A DNA stretch of 64,000 nucleotides. Source: an uncultured delta proteobacterium (lineage in GTDB: Bacteria > Desulfobacterota > Desulfobaccia > Desulfobaccales > 0-14-0-80-60-11). Position 1 is the stretch's first letter. The number at the start of each line of letters is the position of its first letter. The DNA is taken from contig CAWETI010000002.1 of NCBI GenBank assembly GCA_963812015.1, forward strand, positions 352,001 to 416,000. Direction: 5' to 3'. This document shows, piece after piece, positions 30,864 to 40,243 of this stretch. The position numbers were made by a program, and so were the translations under genes. Below the pieces are notes generated by a model. The model searched no databases. It was not told the origin of the DNA and saw only the letters and a program-made list of their open reading frames with translations.

Positions 30864-31226
30864 ATGAAAATCTGGACCAAAGGCATGGTGTCCGGCCTGC
30901 TGGCCGGCGTGGTCATCCTGGGGAGCCTCCCGGCTTTGGCGGGCCCCCAAGCCCCATACTTCGACCAGCGGCAAATGGATCAGCAAAGCCGGATCAACCA
31001 GGGTGTGCAGTCGGGTCGGATTACTCCTGGGGAATATCGTCGCCTGCAAAACGAGCAGGAACGCATCCGCCAGACCGAGGCCATGATGCGGGCCAAAAAC
31101 GGCCGCCTGACTCCCGGAGAAAAGGCCCAGCTTGCCCAGATGCAGGACCGGGCCAACCGGGACATTTACCGCTACAAGCATAACAACAACTACCGGTCAG
31201 CCAACTGGAGACCGGGCTGGCGGTAA
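30864..31226 (+). CDS. Small secreted protein with internal helical repeat
   Basis: GGAGG RBS, signal peptide (ALA), RINQGVQSGRITPGE / NGRLTPGE repeats, IYRYKHN. Confidence 0.8.
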   Translation: MKIWTKGMVSGLLAGVVILGSLPALAGPQAPYFDQRQMDQQSRINQGVQSGRITPGEYRRLQNEQERIRQTEAMMRAKNGRLTPGEKAQLAQMQDRANRDIYRYKHNNNYRSANWRPGWR

Positions 31227-31285
31227 TCCTCCGGAGAGGCAGAGCGGGAGGCAACCTGCCCATCGACCAGTTGCCGGCCGCACTG

Positions 31286-32240
31286 TTACACGTGATTCCG
31301 CAGCTGCAACTCCAGCGGATGGGGGTGGAGGTAAAACTGTTCTTTCAGATAAGGCTGGTGGTATTTCCGAACATAGTGATTGATCAGGGTGACGGGCACC
31401 ACCAGGGGCACGACGCCCTGGTGGTAATAAGCAATGATTTCCAGTAATTCCTGTTTTTCGTCAGGGGACAGATCCTTCTTGAAGTACCCCATCAGGTGGT
31501 ACAAGACATTGGTGTTTTTCTTGGGGGTGGTTTTAAGGCGCAGGGCTTCCATGAGCTGAGCCTGATAGTGTGCGTAGAGTTCCTGGATCGGCGCCCCTTT
31601 GGCCTGGGCCACCAGGCGGCCGAGTTCCCGGTAATGCCTGGGGCTGTGGGCCAGGATAAGCAGCTTGTGCCGGGTATGGAAGGCCACCAAGTCGCCGAGG
31701 TTATCCCCGGGCCGCCAAAAGTTCCCGCCAGCGCTGCAACACGAAGATGCACTCGATGAAGTTCTCCCGGAGGACGGGGTCATGGAGTCGCCCCTCTTCT
31801 TCCACCGGCAGGAGAGGAAAGTGCTCCATAAAGGCCCGGGCAAACATCCCCACTCCCCGGGTCACCGGGGAGCCCGGGGCGTGTTCAGGGTAGACTTTGA
31901 CCCGCTCCATGCCGCTACTGGGGGATTTGCTCTTGAAAATAAAGCCGCAGAGGTTCTCCTGCTCCAGTTCCTGCACCCGTTTTTTGGCCCAGGTGACCAT
32001 GCGCTCGGTAAGATCAATCTTGGTGCGCACGGTCATCAGGCGGGGGGCCTCCGGGTCGCCCACCAGACGCATGGCCTCCCGGGGCACCCCCAGGCCGCAC
32101 TCCACTTCGGGACACACCGGGACAAATTCCACATAGTTCCCCAGGGTCTCGGTGATAAAGCGGTCCCACCGGTGGCCGCCGTCAAACCGGACCTTCTGAC
32201 CCAGCAGGCAGGCGCTGATTCCCAGCCGAATCTTTTGCAT
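31286..32240 (-). pseudogene. DUF523+DUF1722 (YbgA-like) gene with a +1 frameshift
   Basis: Frame 1 LGISACLLG..RFDGGH..CPEV..KSPSSG..EEEGRL ends LAARG*; frame 2 continues DNLGDLVAFHTRHKL..QPYLKEQFYL..LRNHV; removing one base of CCCC at 31705-31708 fuses them. Confidence 0.85.
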
Positions 32241-32390
32241 CAGCCTCGCGCTCCTATTTTTTACTATACAATAGATTGGGGCAAAAGCCGAAGGAGTCGG
32301 GGCCGGACCGCGACCCATGTCGTGGGGGCGAACTTCGACGGCGGCGCCACGTTGCAAGCGGTGGGGGCAATTTCTTTCTCGTGGGCATTC

Positions 32391-32586
32391 CAGTGGAGCA
32401 TTTCATAATTAGATGGACATAAATGCAAGCTGGGAGTACCGGACTTGGCAGGTTAAGTCCCCCTTTGAAAAAGGGGGATTAGGGGGATTTCAGGCTCTTA
32501 TAAAAATCCCCCCTGCCCCCCTTTAGTAAAGGGGGGTAAAAAAACCTGGTTTTCCCGTGTCACCTTAATTATGAAACACACCCCTA
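32391..32586. mobile_element. MITE type B, copy 2 (inverted relative to copy 1)
   Basis: Reverse complement aligns end to end with 10765-10958. Confidence 0.85.
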
Positions 32587-32803
32587 GTCTCGCCAGGGAT
32601 AAAACGCCCCGGGCCGTCCAGGTTAATCACGTCGGGCCAGCCCCGGTGGCCACTGGTAGAAAACTCACGCCATGATGATCCAGGTATGCACAATCAGCTA
32701 AAATCGTGATAAAATGCAACAGATTGTGAAATTATTCTCTTGACCTGGGTGTTAAAACGGGGAAAAGTAGTTGTGCGTTCCTGTTGAGGATAATGAGGCA
32801 GGT

Positions 32804-33715
32804 ATGGCTCAAGAGTTCTCCCACAAGCCGACGACAGAACCGTTGCTGACCGCCTGGATCAAGTGGACCATGGATTTTTGGGAAACCATGGCCCAGATGG
32901 GTCCCGCTCCGGCTGGGTCGGGTCGGGTCGGCGGCCAGGCCTATGCCGCGGCCGCCGCCCCAAAAGATCCCTGGGGCTCGTCCTTGAAATTGTGGCAGAC
33001 ATTTTTTGCGCTGCTGACGGTGCCGGGAAGCATGGCCGCAGTTTTTCAAGGCATCAAGGCGCCTTCGGAGATTATCTTGAGGATGGCCCAGGCAGGCTGG
33101 GGCGGGTATTTCCATCTGCACCGGCAATGGCTGGAGGGCTGGCAGGGAGGGGGAACTTGGGCCGGTGAATCCGGTTATGAAACCCTGGATCAAGAAATCT
33201 TCAAAATCTGCCATGAAATTTATGAGGATAACTTTAGCCAGTTATTGGACCTGCCGCACCTGCGCCTGACCGGTCTGCCCCAGGAGCGCATCAACCGGGC
33301 CATGGATAAATTCAACCAATTTCAGGCCGCCATGGCCGAATTCATCTATCTGCTCTTCCGGCCGGTGAAAAAATCCCTGCGAGCCATGAGGGGAGTGGGG
33401 GGCGATGGCAGGGAGGAAAATCCCCCCGAAGATTTCAAGGAGTACTATAAGGGGTGGCTGAGAATCCTGGAGGGGCATTACATGACCCTCTTCCAGTCGG
33501 TGGAGTATACCCGGACCCTGAGCCAGACGCTCAACGCCCTGGAAGATTTCACCCTGGCCAAACAGGAACTGCTGGCCGATGCCCTGGAAGCCCTGTCCCT
33601 GCCCAGCCGCCGTGACCTGGATGAGCTGTACCGGGAGATGTACCTGCTGAAGAAACGTAACAAAGTGATGGCCAAAAAATTAGCCGAAATCGAGCCTTCC
33701 GGGGAGAAAGGTTGA
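32804..33715 (+). CDS. phaE: PHA synthase class III subunit PhaE-like
   Basis: Helical protein, LPHLRLT..QER, EYYKGW, C-terminal LSLPSRRDLDELYREMYLLKK; stop overlaps phaC start. Confidence 0.75.
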   Translation: MAQEFSHKPTTEPLLTAWIKWTMDFWETMAQMGPAPAGSGRVGGQAYAAAAAPKDPWGSSLKLWQTFFALLTVPGSMAAVFQGIKAPSEIILRMAQAGWGGYFHLHRQWLEGWQGGGTWAGESGYETLDQEIFKICHEIYEDNFSQLLDLPHLRLTGLPQERINRAMDKFNQFQAAMAEFIYLLFRPVKKSLRAMRGVGGDGREENPPEDFKEYYKGWLRILEGHYMTLFQSVEYTRTLSQTLNALEDFTLAKQELLADALEALSLPSRRDLDELYREMYLLKKRNKVMAKKLAEIEPSGEKG

Positions 33716-34791
33716 TGGATCGACCCAAAATCCCGGTTGACCTGATCCTGGCCAAGCTGGCGGCGGACGCCGAAGCGGCCAGGCATCGCCTGGAAAAGGC
33801 CCGGGATATTTTCCTGGGGCCCCTGGCCACGGACATTGGGACCACCCCCTATGAACTGGTCTATCAGGAAGACCGGGTCAGGCTCAAATATTACCGGCCG
33901 GACACGGCCCGCCTGAAAACTCCGCTGCTCCTGGTGCCTTCCCTGTTCAACCGGGAAACCTTGCTGGACCTCCAACCGGATCGGAGCATCGTGCAAAATC
34001 TCCTCAAGGAAGGAGTGGAGGTCTATCTGATTGATTGGGGCTCGCCGACCCGTATGGACCAGTTTTTCAGCCTGGATGACCATATTAACGGCTATGTGGA
34101 TAACATCGTGGATTTCATCCGGCGTCGCCAGGGGATTCCCCGGGTCAATCTCATGGGGGTGTGCCTGGGGGGGACCTTTGCGGTCATCTATGCGGCCCTC
34201 CACCCGGGCAAGGTCCGGAACTTGATCACCACCGTGGCGCCCATCCACTTTGATACCCCCAAGGGCTTGTTGCACATCTGGCTGAAGGAGATTGACGTCG
34301 ACCGCCTGGTGGACACCTTTGGCAACCTGCCCGGCAACCTGGTGAACGTGGCCTTCCTGCTCCTGAATCCGCCCCGGCTCCTTTTGGATAAGTATCTTGG
34401 TTTTCTTGAGAATATGGATAACAAGGATTTTGTCGAAAATTTTATCCGCATGGAGAAATGGATTTTCAACAGCCCGGATGTGCCGGGGGAGACCTTGCGG
34501 CAGTTGATCAAAGACCTCTATCAGGAGAACCGGCTGGTGCAAGGCGAGATGGAGTTGGGGGGCCGCCGGGTGGACCTTGGGCAGGTCACTATGCCGCTCT
34601 TAAATATCTATGGTCAGTTTGACCACCTGGTGCCCCCGGAGGCCTGCGAAGTTTTGACGAAAAAGGCGGGGAGCCGGGACACCGAGGACATTTGTCTGGA
34701 CACGGGACATATCGGCATTTATGTCAGTTCCCGGTTCCAGAAGGAGATCGTTCCCAAGATTGCTGCCTGGCTTCTGGCCCGGGAAGATTGA
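33715..34791 (+). CDS. phaC: PHA synthase class III subunit PhaC
   Basis: LDLQPDRS, IDWG, lipase box GVCLGG, MEKWI, DHLVPP, TGHIG; about 358 aa. Confidence 0.93.
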   Translation: MDRPKIPVDLILAKLAADAEAARHRLEKARDIFLGPLATDIGTTPYELVYQEDRVRLKYYRPDTARLKTPLLLVPSLFNRETLLDLQPDRSIVQNLLKEGVEVYLIDWGSPTRMDQFFSLDDHINGYVDNIVDFIRRRQGIPRVNLMGVCLGGTFAVIYAALHPGKVRNLITTVAPIHFDTPKGLLHIWLKEIDVDRLVDTFGNLPGNLVNVAFLLLNPPRLLLDKYLGFLENMDNKDFVENFIRMEKWIFNSPDVPGETLRQLIKDLYQENRLVQGEMELGGRRVDLGQVTMPLLNIYGQFDHLVPPEACEVLTKKAGSRDTEDICLDTGHIGIYVSSRFQKEIVPKIAAWLLARED

Positions 34792-34855
34792 GTTCCACCG
34801 GGCCAGGCCCGAAACCGGTCAGCGCCATCCAATAACTCGAGCAGAGAGTGCTTCA

Positions 34856-35908
34856 ATGCCCGTAAGAATCGATTATTTTAAAAAGTTGAGCGAGCTCTGT
34901 CAGGCCTTTGGCACCGCCCGCAACCGCCGGGATCTCCTGGAGATGATCTTTGCCAGCGCCATGGATATCCTGGGGGGCAAGGCCGCGTGCCTCTACCTGA
35001 TGGATGCAGGTAAAACCGAGCTGATGCCGGTGGCCCAGAAGGGCTTGTCCGAGAGCTATTTCCGTTCCCGGAAATCCATCCTGGCCCAAAAGATCTTGCC
35101 CCTGGTTTTGAAGAAAGGCTTTTTTTATTGCCGGGAGGCGGCGGCGGACCCCAAACTGGAGTATCCCGATGCCAAGCAGGCCGAAGGCATCGTCTCTATC
35201 CTGGCGGTGCCGGTGAAGGTCAAAGGCAGAAACATCGGGGTATTTTGCCTGTTTACCGACACACCCCGAGCTTTTTCCCCCGAGGAGAAAGAATTCTTAT
35301 TGCTCTTGGCGCAACACGGGGGCGGGGTCATGGAGCATGCCCGTCTCATCGACCACCTCCACCGGGAGACCCAGCTCTTTTTCGACCTGGCCGTCAATCT
35401 CAGCGGCAGCCTGGAAGTTAAGGATATCTTGCGCACCATGACCGCGGACCTGGCCAAGGCCCTCAAGGTGAAGGGCGTCAGCCTCCGCCTCTTGAGTGAG
35501 AGTGCAGAAACCCTGGAATTGGTGGCATCCCATGGCTTGAGTAAGAAATTCCTGCAAAAGGGGCCGGTGTCCGCCCAAAAAAGCATCGCCCAGGCCCTGA
35601 AGACCGAAAAGCCGGTGATCATTGTCAATGCCGCCACCGACCGCCGGGTGCAATACCGGGACATGTGCAAAGAAGAAGGGATTGTCACTATTTTAGCGGT
35701 GCCCATCAAGACCAAGGAGAAGGTAATCGGGGTGCTGCGGCTTTACAGCAAGGTGCTGCGCCATTTCACCCCTCAGGACATCAAACTGGTGACCGCCCTG
35801 GCGTATCTAGGCGGGTTGGCCATCCAGAATGCCTCCTTGTACCTGATGTGCCAGAACGACATGCAGGACCTGCAAGCGGAGTTGTGGAGCCATCGGTCCT
35901 GGTTTTAA
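34856..35908 (+). CDS. Tandem GAF-GAF protein with no output domain
   Basis: Two repeats of VA..GLS..Y/F / EGIVSILAVP..IGV..L. Confidence 0.85.
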   Translation: MPVRIDYFKKLSELCQAFGTARNRRDLLEMIFASAMDILGGKAACLYLMDAGKTELMPVAQKGLSESYFRSRKSILAQKILPLVLKKGFFYCREAAADPKLEYPDAKQAEGIVSILAVPVKVKGRNIGVFCLFTDTPRAFSPEEKEFLLLLAQHGGGVMEHARLIDHLHRETQLFFDLAVNLSGSLEVKDILRTMTADLAKALKVKGVSLRLLSESAETLELVASHGLSKKFLQKGPVSAQKSIAQALKTEKPVIIVNAATDRRVQYRDMCKEEGIVTILAVPIKTKEKVIGVLRLYSKVLRHFTPQDIKLVTALAYLGGLAIQNASLYLMCQNDMQDLQAELWSHRSWF

Positions 35909-36136
35909 ACCGGATCAGGCTGGCAGGGAGATTGCTGGCCGGGGCGGGCCGCGCCGGGTCTTATCGGCTGGCGGCCGTTTGGCCGTCAAGGGCCGGCCGG
36001 CCCTCAGTTCCCCGAGGCTCGAAAACTAGATGAGCTGGCCACTTGGGTCTGAATGGCTCATGGCGGCCAAGCCATGAGCCCAGCGTATGTTCACCCCTCC
36101 ACGACGGGCCCAGGAATTGGCCAACCCACCGGGAAC

Positions 36137-36793
36137 TTAATCAATGTGCTCGTGGATGTAATAGAGTACCTTAAACTTGCTCTCCAGTTCTTTCCGGAGG
36201 GTTTTTTCATCCTTTACCTCTTTGGTCCGGATAAATACTCGCCTGAAGCCCTCCGGGGCTCCTTCATATCCCGTTAAGATACTGGCGATCCGGCCGCCGT
36301 GGGCCCGGATCACATCGGTGACATTTTTAATCGACCCCGGCTGGTCTGCCAATTCAACGCCCATGGCCAGGGCTCCTTGATAAATCCCCGAGATGGAGAC
36401 AAAAGCCCGAAATATGTCGCCCTTGGTGAGAATTCCGGCTAAGGCGCCGTGCGGGTCCACCACCGGCAAGGCCGAGATATGGTGTTTGAGCATGACGGCC
36501 GCGGCTTTTTCCACGGTGTCTCCGGGGGCGATCGTATGGAGCTGTTTCGGCATCAGGCTTTTGACCGACACCTTGTCCAGCAGATAGTACATTTCGTGGA
36601 TATCCAGAGTGGTGGCCTTGGAAGGCGTGGCCTCTTTCAGGTCCCGGTCAGACACGATGCCCACGAGGCGTCCCTTTTTCAGAACCGGCAAGTGTTGAAT
36701 ATCATTTTGCTTCATCACCTTGGAGGCCTTCATAATGGAAGTATTCTCGTCAACGGTGATCAAATCTTTGCTCATCCAATCCTGCACCGGCAT
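36137..36793 (-). CDS. CBS pair + ACT-like domain protein (AcuB-like)
   Basis: VQDWMS, HLPV, GIVSDRDLKEATPSKATTL, DQPG..I..HGGRIASI; GAGGAGG RBS. Confidence 0.88.
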   Translation of the reverse strand: MPVQDWMSKDLITVDENTSIMKASKVMKQNDIQHLPVLKKGRLVGIVSDRDLKEATPSKATTLDIHEMYYLLDKVSVKSLMPKQLHTIAPGDTVEKAAAVMLKHHISALPVVDPHGALAGILTKGDIFRAFVSISGIYQGALAMGVELADQPGSIKNVTDVIRAHGGRIASILTGYEGAPEGFRRVFIRTKEVKDEKTLRKELESKFKVLYYIHEHID

Positions 36794-36811
36794 GACCAAC
36801 CTCCTCTTCTG

Positions 36812-36883
36812 AGTTCAAGGTTCAAAGTTAAAAGTTAAAGGTTTTTTCTTGAACCTTGAACCTTGAACTTTGAACTTTGAACT
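36812..36883. repeat. Inverted arrays of 7-bp tandem repeats
   Basis: (RGTTMAA)x4 then (TTGAACY)x5. Confidence 0.85.
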
Positions 36884-37592
36884 AAATGCCCAGATAGGTG
36901 CGGCGCACCTCGTCGTTTTTGCTGAGTTCCCGGGCCGGGCCTTCCAGGTGAACCTTGCCTTCGGCCAGGACGTAGGCATAATCGCTCACCGCCAGGGCCA
37001 TGGTGACATTTTGCTCCACCAGGAGCATGGTCAGGCCGGTTTTTTTGAGGCGAGACAGGGCCTCAAACAGGGTGAGGGCCAGCAAGGGGGAGAGCCCCAG
37101 GGAAAGCTCATCCAGCATCAGCACTTCCGGCTCGGCCATCAAGCCCCGACCCACGGCCACCATTTGCTGTTCTCCGCCGCTCAAGGTGCCGGCCTTCTGG
37201 CGGGTCCGTTCTTTGAGGCGGGGAAAGAGTTCGTAGACCTTTTCCAGGTTTTGATTAAAGGTGGCCCGGGCCCGGGGGGAGAAGGCCCCCATTTCCAGGT
37301 TTTCATAAATGGTCATTTCGGTGAACAGTTGGCGGCCTTCGGGCACCAGGACCATGCCGGCCTTGGCCCGGGCATGGGCGGACAGGTTGGTGACGTCTTC
37401 CCCCTGGAAGGATACCGACCCATCGATGGGCCGCATCAGCCCCATCACGGTTTTGAGTAAGGTGGTCTTGCCCACACCGTTGGAGCCCACCAGGGTGGTG
37501 AGTTTGCCCGGTTCCAGCTTGAGGTTGACCCCCCAGAGGATCTGGACGCCTTCGTAGCCCGAGGTAATGTTGTTAACTTCTAATATAGCCAT
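36882..37592 (-). CDS. livF: Branched-chain amino acid-type ABC ATPase
   Basis: GSNGVGKTT, VPEGRQLF, LSGGEQQM, LDE. Confidence 0.9.
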   Translation of the reverse strand: MAILEVNNITSGYEGVQILWGVNLKLEPGKLTTLVGSNGVGKTTLLKTVMGLMRPIDGSVSFQGEDVTNLSAHARAKAGMVLVPEGRQLFTEMTIYENLEMGAFSPRARATFNQNLEKVYELFPRLKERTRQKAGTLSGGEQQMVAVGRGLMAEPEVLMLDELSLGLSPLLALTLFEALSRLKKTGLTMLLVEQNVTMALAVSDYAYVLAEGKVHLEGPARELSKNDEVRRTYLGI

Positions 37593-37597
37593 GGAAT

Positions 37598-38350
37598 CTA
37601 CTCCGCCAACAGTTGCGCCGTTATTTTGGGATCGCCCAGATAGGCCTCGATTACCAAAGGATTGTTGGCCACAGCTTCGGGCGCACCGGTGGCGATCAAG
37701 GTGCCGTAATCCAGGACCAGGAGCTGATCGGAAATGGACATGATCGCCTGCATGACGTGCTCGATCATGAGGATGGTGATCCCTTCATCCCGGATGCCCC
37801 GGACCGTTTCCATCATGGCGGCAATCTCCGAAGGGTTGAGGCCGGCCAGAACTTCATCCAGCAGGATCAAATAGGGTTTGGCGGCCAGGGCCCGGGCCAT
37901 CTCCAGGCGCTTTTTCTGGGCCACGTTGAGGCTCCCCGCCGGCTGGTCGGCCCGGTCGATCAGGCCCACCTGGGTCAAGGCGCCATCGGCCAGGCGGGCT
38001 GAGGCGCGCAGACCGTGCCGTTCCCGGCCGAAACAGGCTCCCACCATAACGTTTTCCCGGACCGTGAGATCGGTGAGGGGGCGCACCACCTGGTGGGCCC
38101 GAGCCATGCCCCGCCGGGCCACCTCATAGGAGGGCAGGCGGGTGATATCCTCGCCCCGGAAGATTACCTGGCCGCGCTCCGGAGTATAGACCCCATTGAT
38201 GACGTTAAACAGGGTAGTTTTGCCGGCGCCGTTGGGTCCGATGAGGCCCAAGATCTGCCCTTCCGGTAGATCAAAGGTGACATCGGTCAGGGCCTGGAGG
38301 CCGCCGAACCTTTTGGAGACTTCCTTGACCTGCAGCATGGCGGCACTCAT
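37598..38350 (-). CDS. livG: Branched-chain amino acid-type ABC ATPase
   Basis: KRFGGL, GPNGAGKTT, LLDEVLAGLN, VIEAYLG. Confidence 0.9.
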   Translation of the reverse strand: MSAAMLQVKEVSKRFGGLQALTDVTFDLPEGQILGLIGPNGAGKTTLFNVINGVYTPERGQVIFRGEDITRLPSYEVARRGMARAHQVVRPLTDLTVRENVMVGACFGRERHGLRASARLADGALTQVGLIDRADQPAGSLNVAQKKRLEMARALAAKPYLILLDEVLAGLNPSEIAAMMETVRGIRDEGITILMIEHVMQAIMSISDQLLVLDYGTLIATGAPEAVANNPLVIEAYLGDPKITAQLLAE

Positions 38351-39315
38351 TCCAGCACCCTCCGGAGGCGCGGGAAGCGCTCCCGCAGCCAGCCCACCGC
38401 CCCTCCCGGCACAAAGAGCACGATGACCAAAAGGATGCCCCCGGACAGGGCCAGGTGGAGGTTCTTGAAGAGCGGGCTGACCAACAGGTAACCCCGCAGC
38501 CGTTCATAGGCGAAGGCTCCCACAACGGGCCCCAGCACCAGACCTTTGCCCCCCAGCATCACCATCACCAGGATTTCTAAAGACATCTGAAAGCGGAAGG
38601 CATCCTCCGGTTCCACGTTACCGTTTTTGAAGAAGTATAACGTCCCGACCAAACCGGGAAAAAACGCCGACAGGGCAAAAGCCTTGGTTTTATCCCAGGG
38701 GGCTTTCACCCCCATCACCATGGCGGCGTCCTCGTCCTCCCGGATGGCGATCAGACCCAGGCCGAAGCGGGAATGTTTCACCAGGTAGCTGACCACCACG
38801 GTACCAATGGCAACGAGCCAGAGGAGGGTGAAAATCCACCACAAGGCCGGGCCGGCGCCGCCATACTTATCGTAAGCCGAAAAATTGACATACAATCCGG
38901 TGGAGCCGCCGAAGGGCTCGAAATTGGCCACAAAGGCCCGGGCCGCCTCATTAATGCCGATGGTGGCCAGGGCGAAGTAAGCGCCCCTAAGCCGCAGCAC
39001 CGCGCTCCCGATGGCAATGGCCACAACGACCGACAGGCACCCCCCACCCAACATGGACAGGTACAGCGGCCACCCCTGTTCGCTGAGCAGATAAAAACCG
39101 AAATACCCGCCCAGGCCGAAAAAGACGATGTGGCCGAAATTTACATAGCCGGTGTAACCCATGATGATGTTGAGGCTGGAGGCCAGAGCCACAAACATGA
39201 GCACCGTGAAGGCGGTCTCTCGCAGGGTGTCCTGACGGATGATGAGGACAATGGCCCCGCCCACGGTGACTAAAAGAATATTCAGCCAGAAGCCTGGTTG
39301 TCGCCAGAAGTTCAT
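38347..39315 (-). CDS. livM: HAAT ABC permease
   Basis: GYTGYVNFGH, LRGAYFALAT, AIREDEDAA. Confidence 0.88.
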   Translation of the reverse strand: MNFWRQPGFWLNILLVTVGGAIVLIIRQDTLRETAFTVLMFVALASSLNIIMGYTGYVNFGHIVFFGLGGYFGFYLLSEQGWPLYLSMLGGGCLSVVVAIAIGSAVLRLRGAYFALATIGINEAARAFVANFEPFGGSTGLYVNFSAYDKYGGAGPALWWIFTLLWLVAIGTVVVSYLVKHSRFGLGLIAIREDEDAAMVMGVKAPWDKTKAFALSAFFPGLVGTLYFFKNGNVEPEDAFRFQMSLEILVMVMLGGKGLVLGPVVGAFAYERLRGYLLVSPLFKNLHLALSGGILLVIVLFVPGGAVGWLRERFPRLRRVLE

Positions 39316-40173
39316 TTACTTGGCTCCCATAATCCCGGTGGGCCGGACCACCAAGACCAGGACGAAGAGGCCAAATTCCACCACCGGCACCCAACTGACC
39401 GGCATAAAGATGGGCACGATGCCCTCCAGACCGCCCAAGATCAGCCCACCGAAGAGGGCCCCTAGGGGATTGCCCAAGCCGCCCAGGACGCAGATGACGA
39501 AGGACTTCAACTGGTAAGTGCTGCCGCTCAAGATGGTAAAGGGGAAAAAGGTGGAGGTCAAACCGCCGGCCACTGCCGCGAGCATGGTCCCCAAACCAAA
39601 GGTCAGGGCCAGGATCTTGGCGGAGGGGATGCCCATCAACTCCGCCGCGGCCCGATTATCGGAGACGGCGCGAATGGCCTTGCCCGGCCGGGTAAAATAG
39701 AGAAACAGGTAAAGGGCTCCCGTCATGACCAGAGAGGCCGCGGCCGCCAACAGTCGAGTCCCTTGCAGGATTATGGGCCCCAAAACAATGGAACCCAAAG
39801 AAAAATCTACATTTTGAGGCGAAGTGCTGAATACCGTGGTCCCGATGCCGATAATGATCATATTGACGGCAAAGGTGCCTAATAAGGTATACAGGTAGCC
39901 GGCCTGGATGACCCGAGCCAGCGACACGATATAAACGATGACCCCAAAAATCAGGGCCATGACCACCAGCAGCAGCAACCCGATATAGGGGTTAACTCTC
40001 GCACCGGTAAAGAGGAGGTAGATGGTAAACATCCCCAGGGCCATGGTGGCGCCATGGGCCAGGTTGATCACCCGCATTACTCCCCAGATTAACGACAGAC
40101 CCATGGCGGCGATGCCGTAGACAAAGCCGATGAGCAAACCATCCACAACCGAAGCTGTTATCTGTCCAAACAC
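39316..40173 (-). CDS. livH: HAAT ABC permease
   Basis: GLSLIWGVMRVINLAHG, GKAIRAV, LGGLG, RPTG. Confidence 0.88.
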   Translation of the reverse strand: MFGQITASVVDGLLIGFVYGIAAMGLSLIWGVMRVINLAHGATMALGMFTIYLLFTGARVNPYIGLLLLVVMALIFGVIVYIVSLARVIQAGYLYTLLGTFAVNMIIIGIGTTVFSTSPQNVDFSLGSIVLGPIILQGTRLLAAAASLVMTGALYLFLYFTRPGKAIRAVSDNRAAAELMGIPSAKILALTFGLGTMLAAVAGGLTSTFFPFTILSGSTYQLKSFVICVLGGLGNPLGALFGGLILGGLEGIVPIFMPVSWVPVVEFGLFVLVLVVRPTGIMGAK

Positions 40174-40193
40174 GATGAATTCCTTTCCCAGGG

Positions 40194-40231
40194 CTGCCCT
40201 GCCACTATCGGGCTTGATAATGGCAGGGCAG
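40194..40231 (-). promoter_or_regulatory. Intercistronic hairpin after the substrate-binding gene (mRNA stabiliser or partial terminator)
   Basis: CTGCCCTGCCA / TGGCAGGGCAG stem. Confidence 0.5.
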
Positions 40232-40243
40232 GCAGGCTAAGGG

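Noticed and set aside
32323..32345. GGGGGCGAACTTCGACGG resembling a tmRNA 5' end
   Set aside because: No matching T-arm/CCA 3' end or tag ORF at the expected distance; more likely a decayed REP
36812..36883. CRISPR array (here or among the dispersed REP/MITE repeats)
   Set aside because: No regularly spaced repeats with unique spacers and no cas genes
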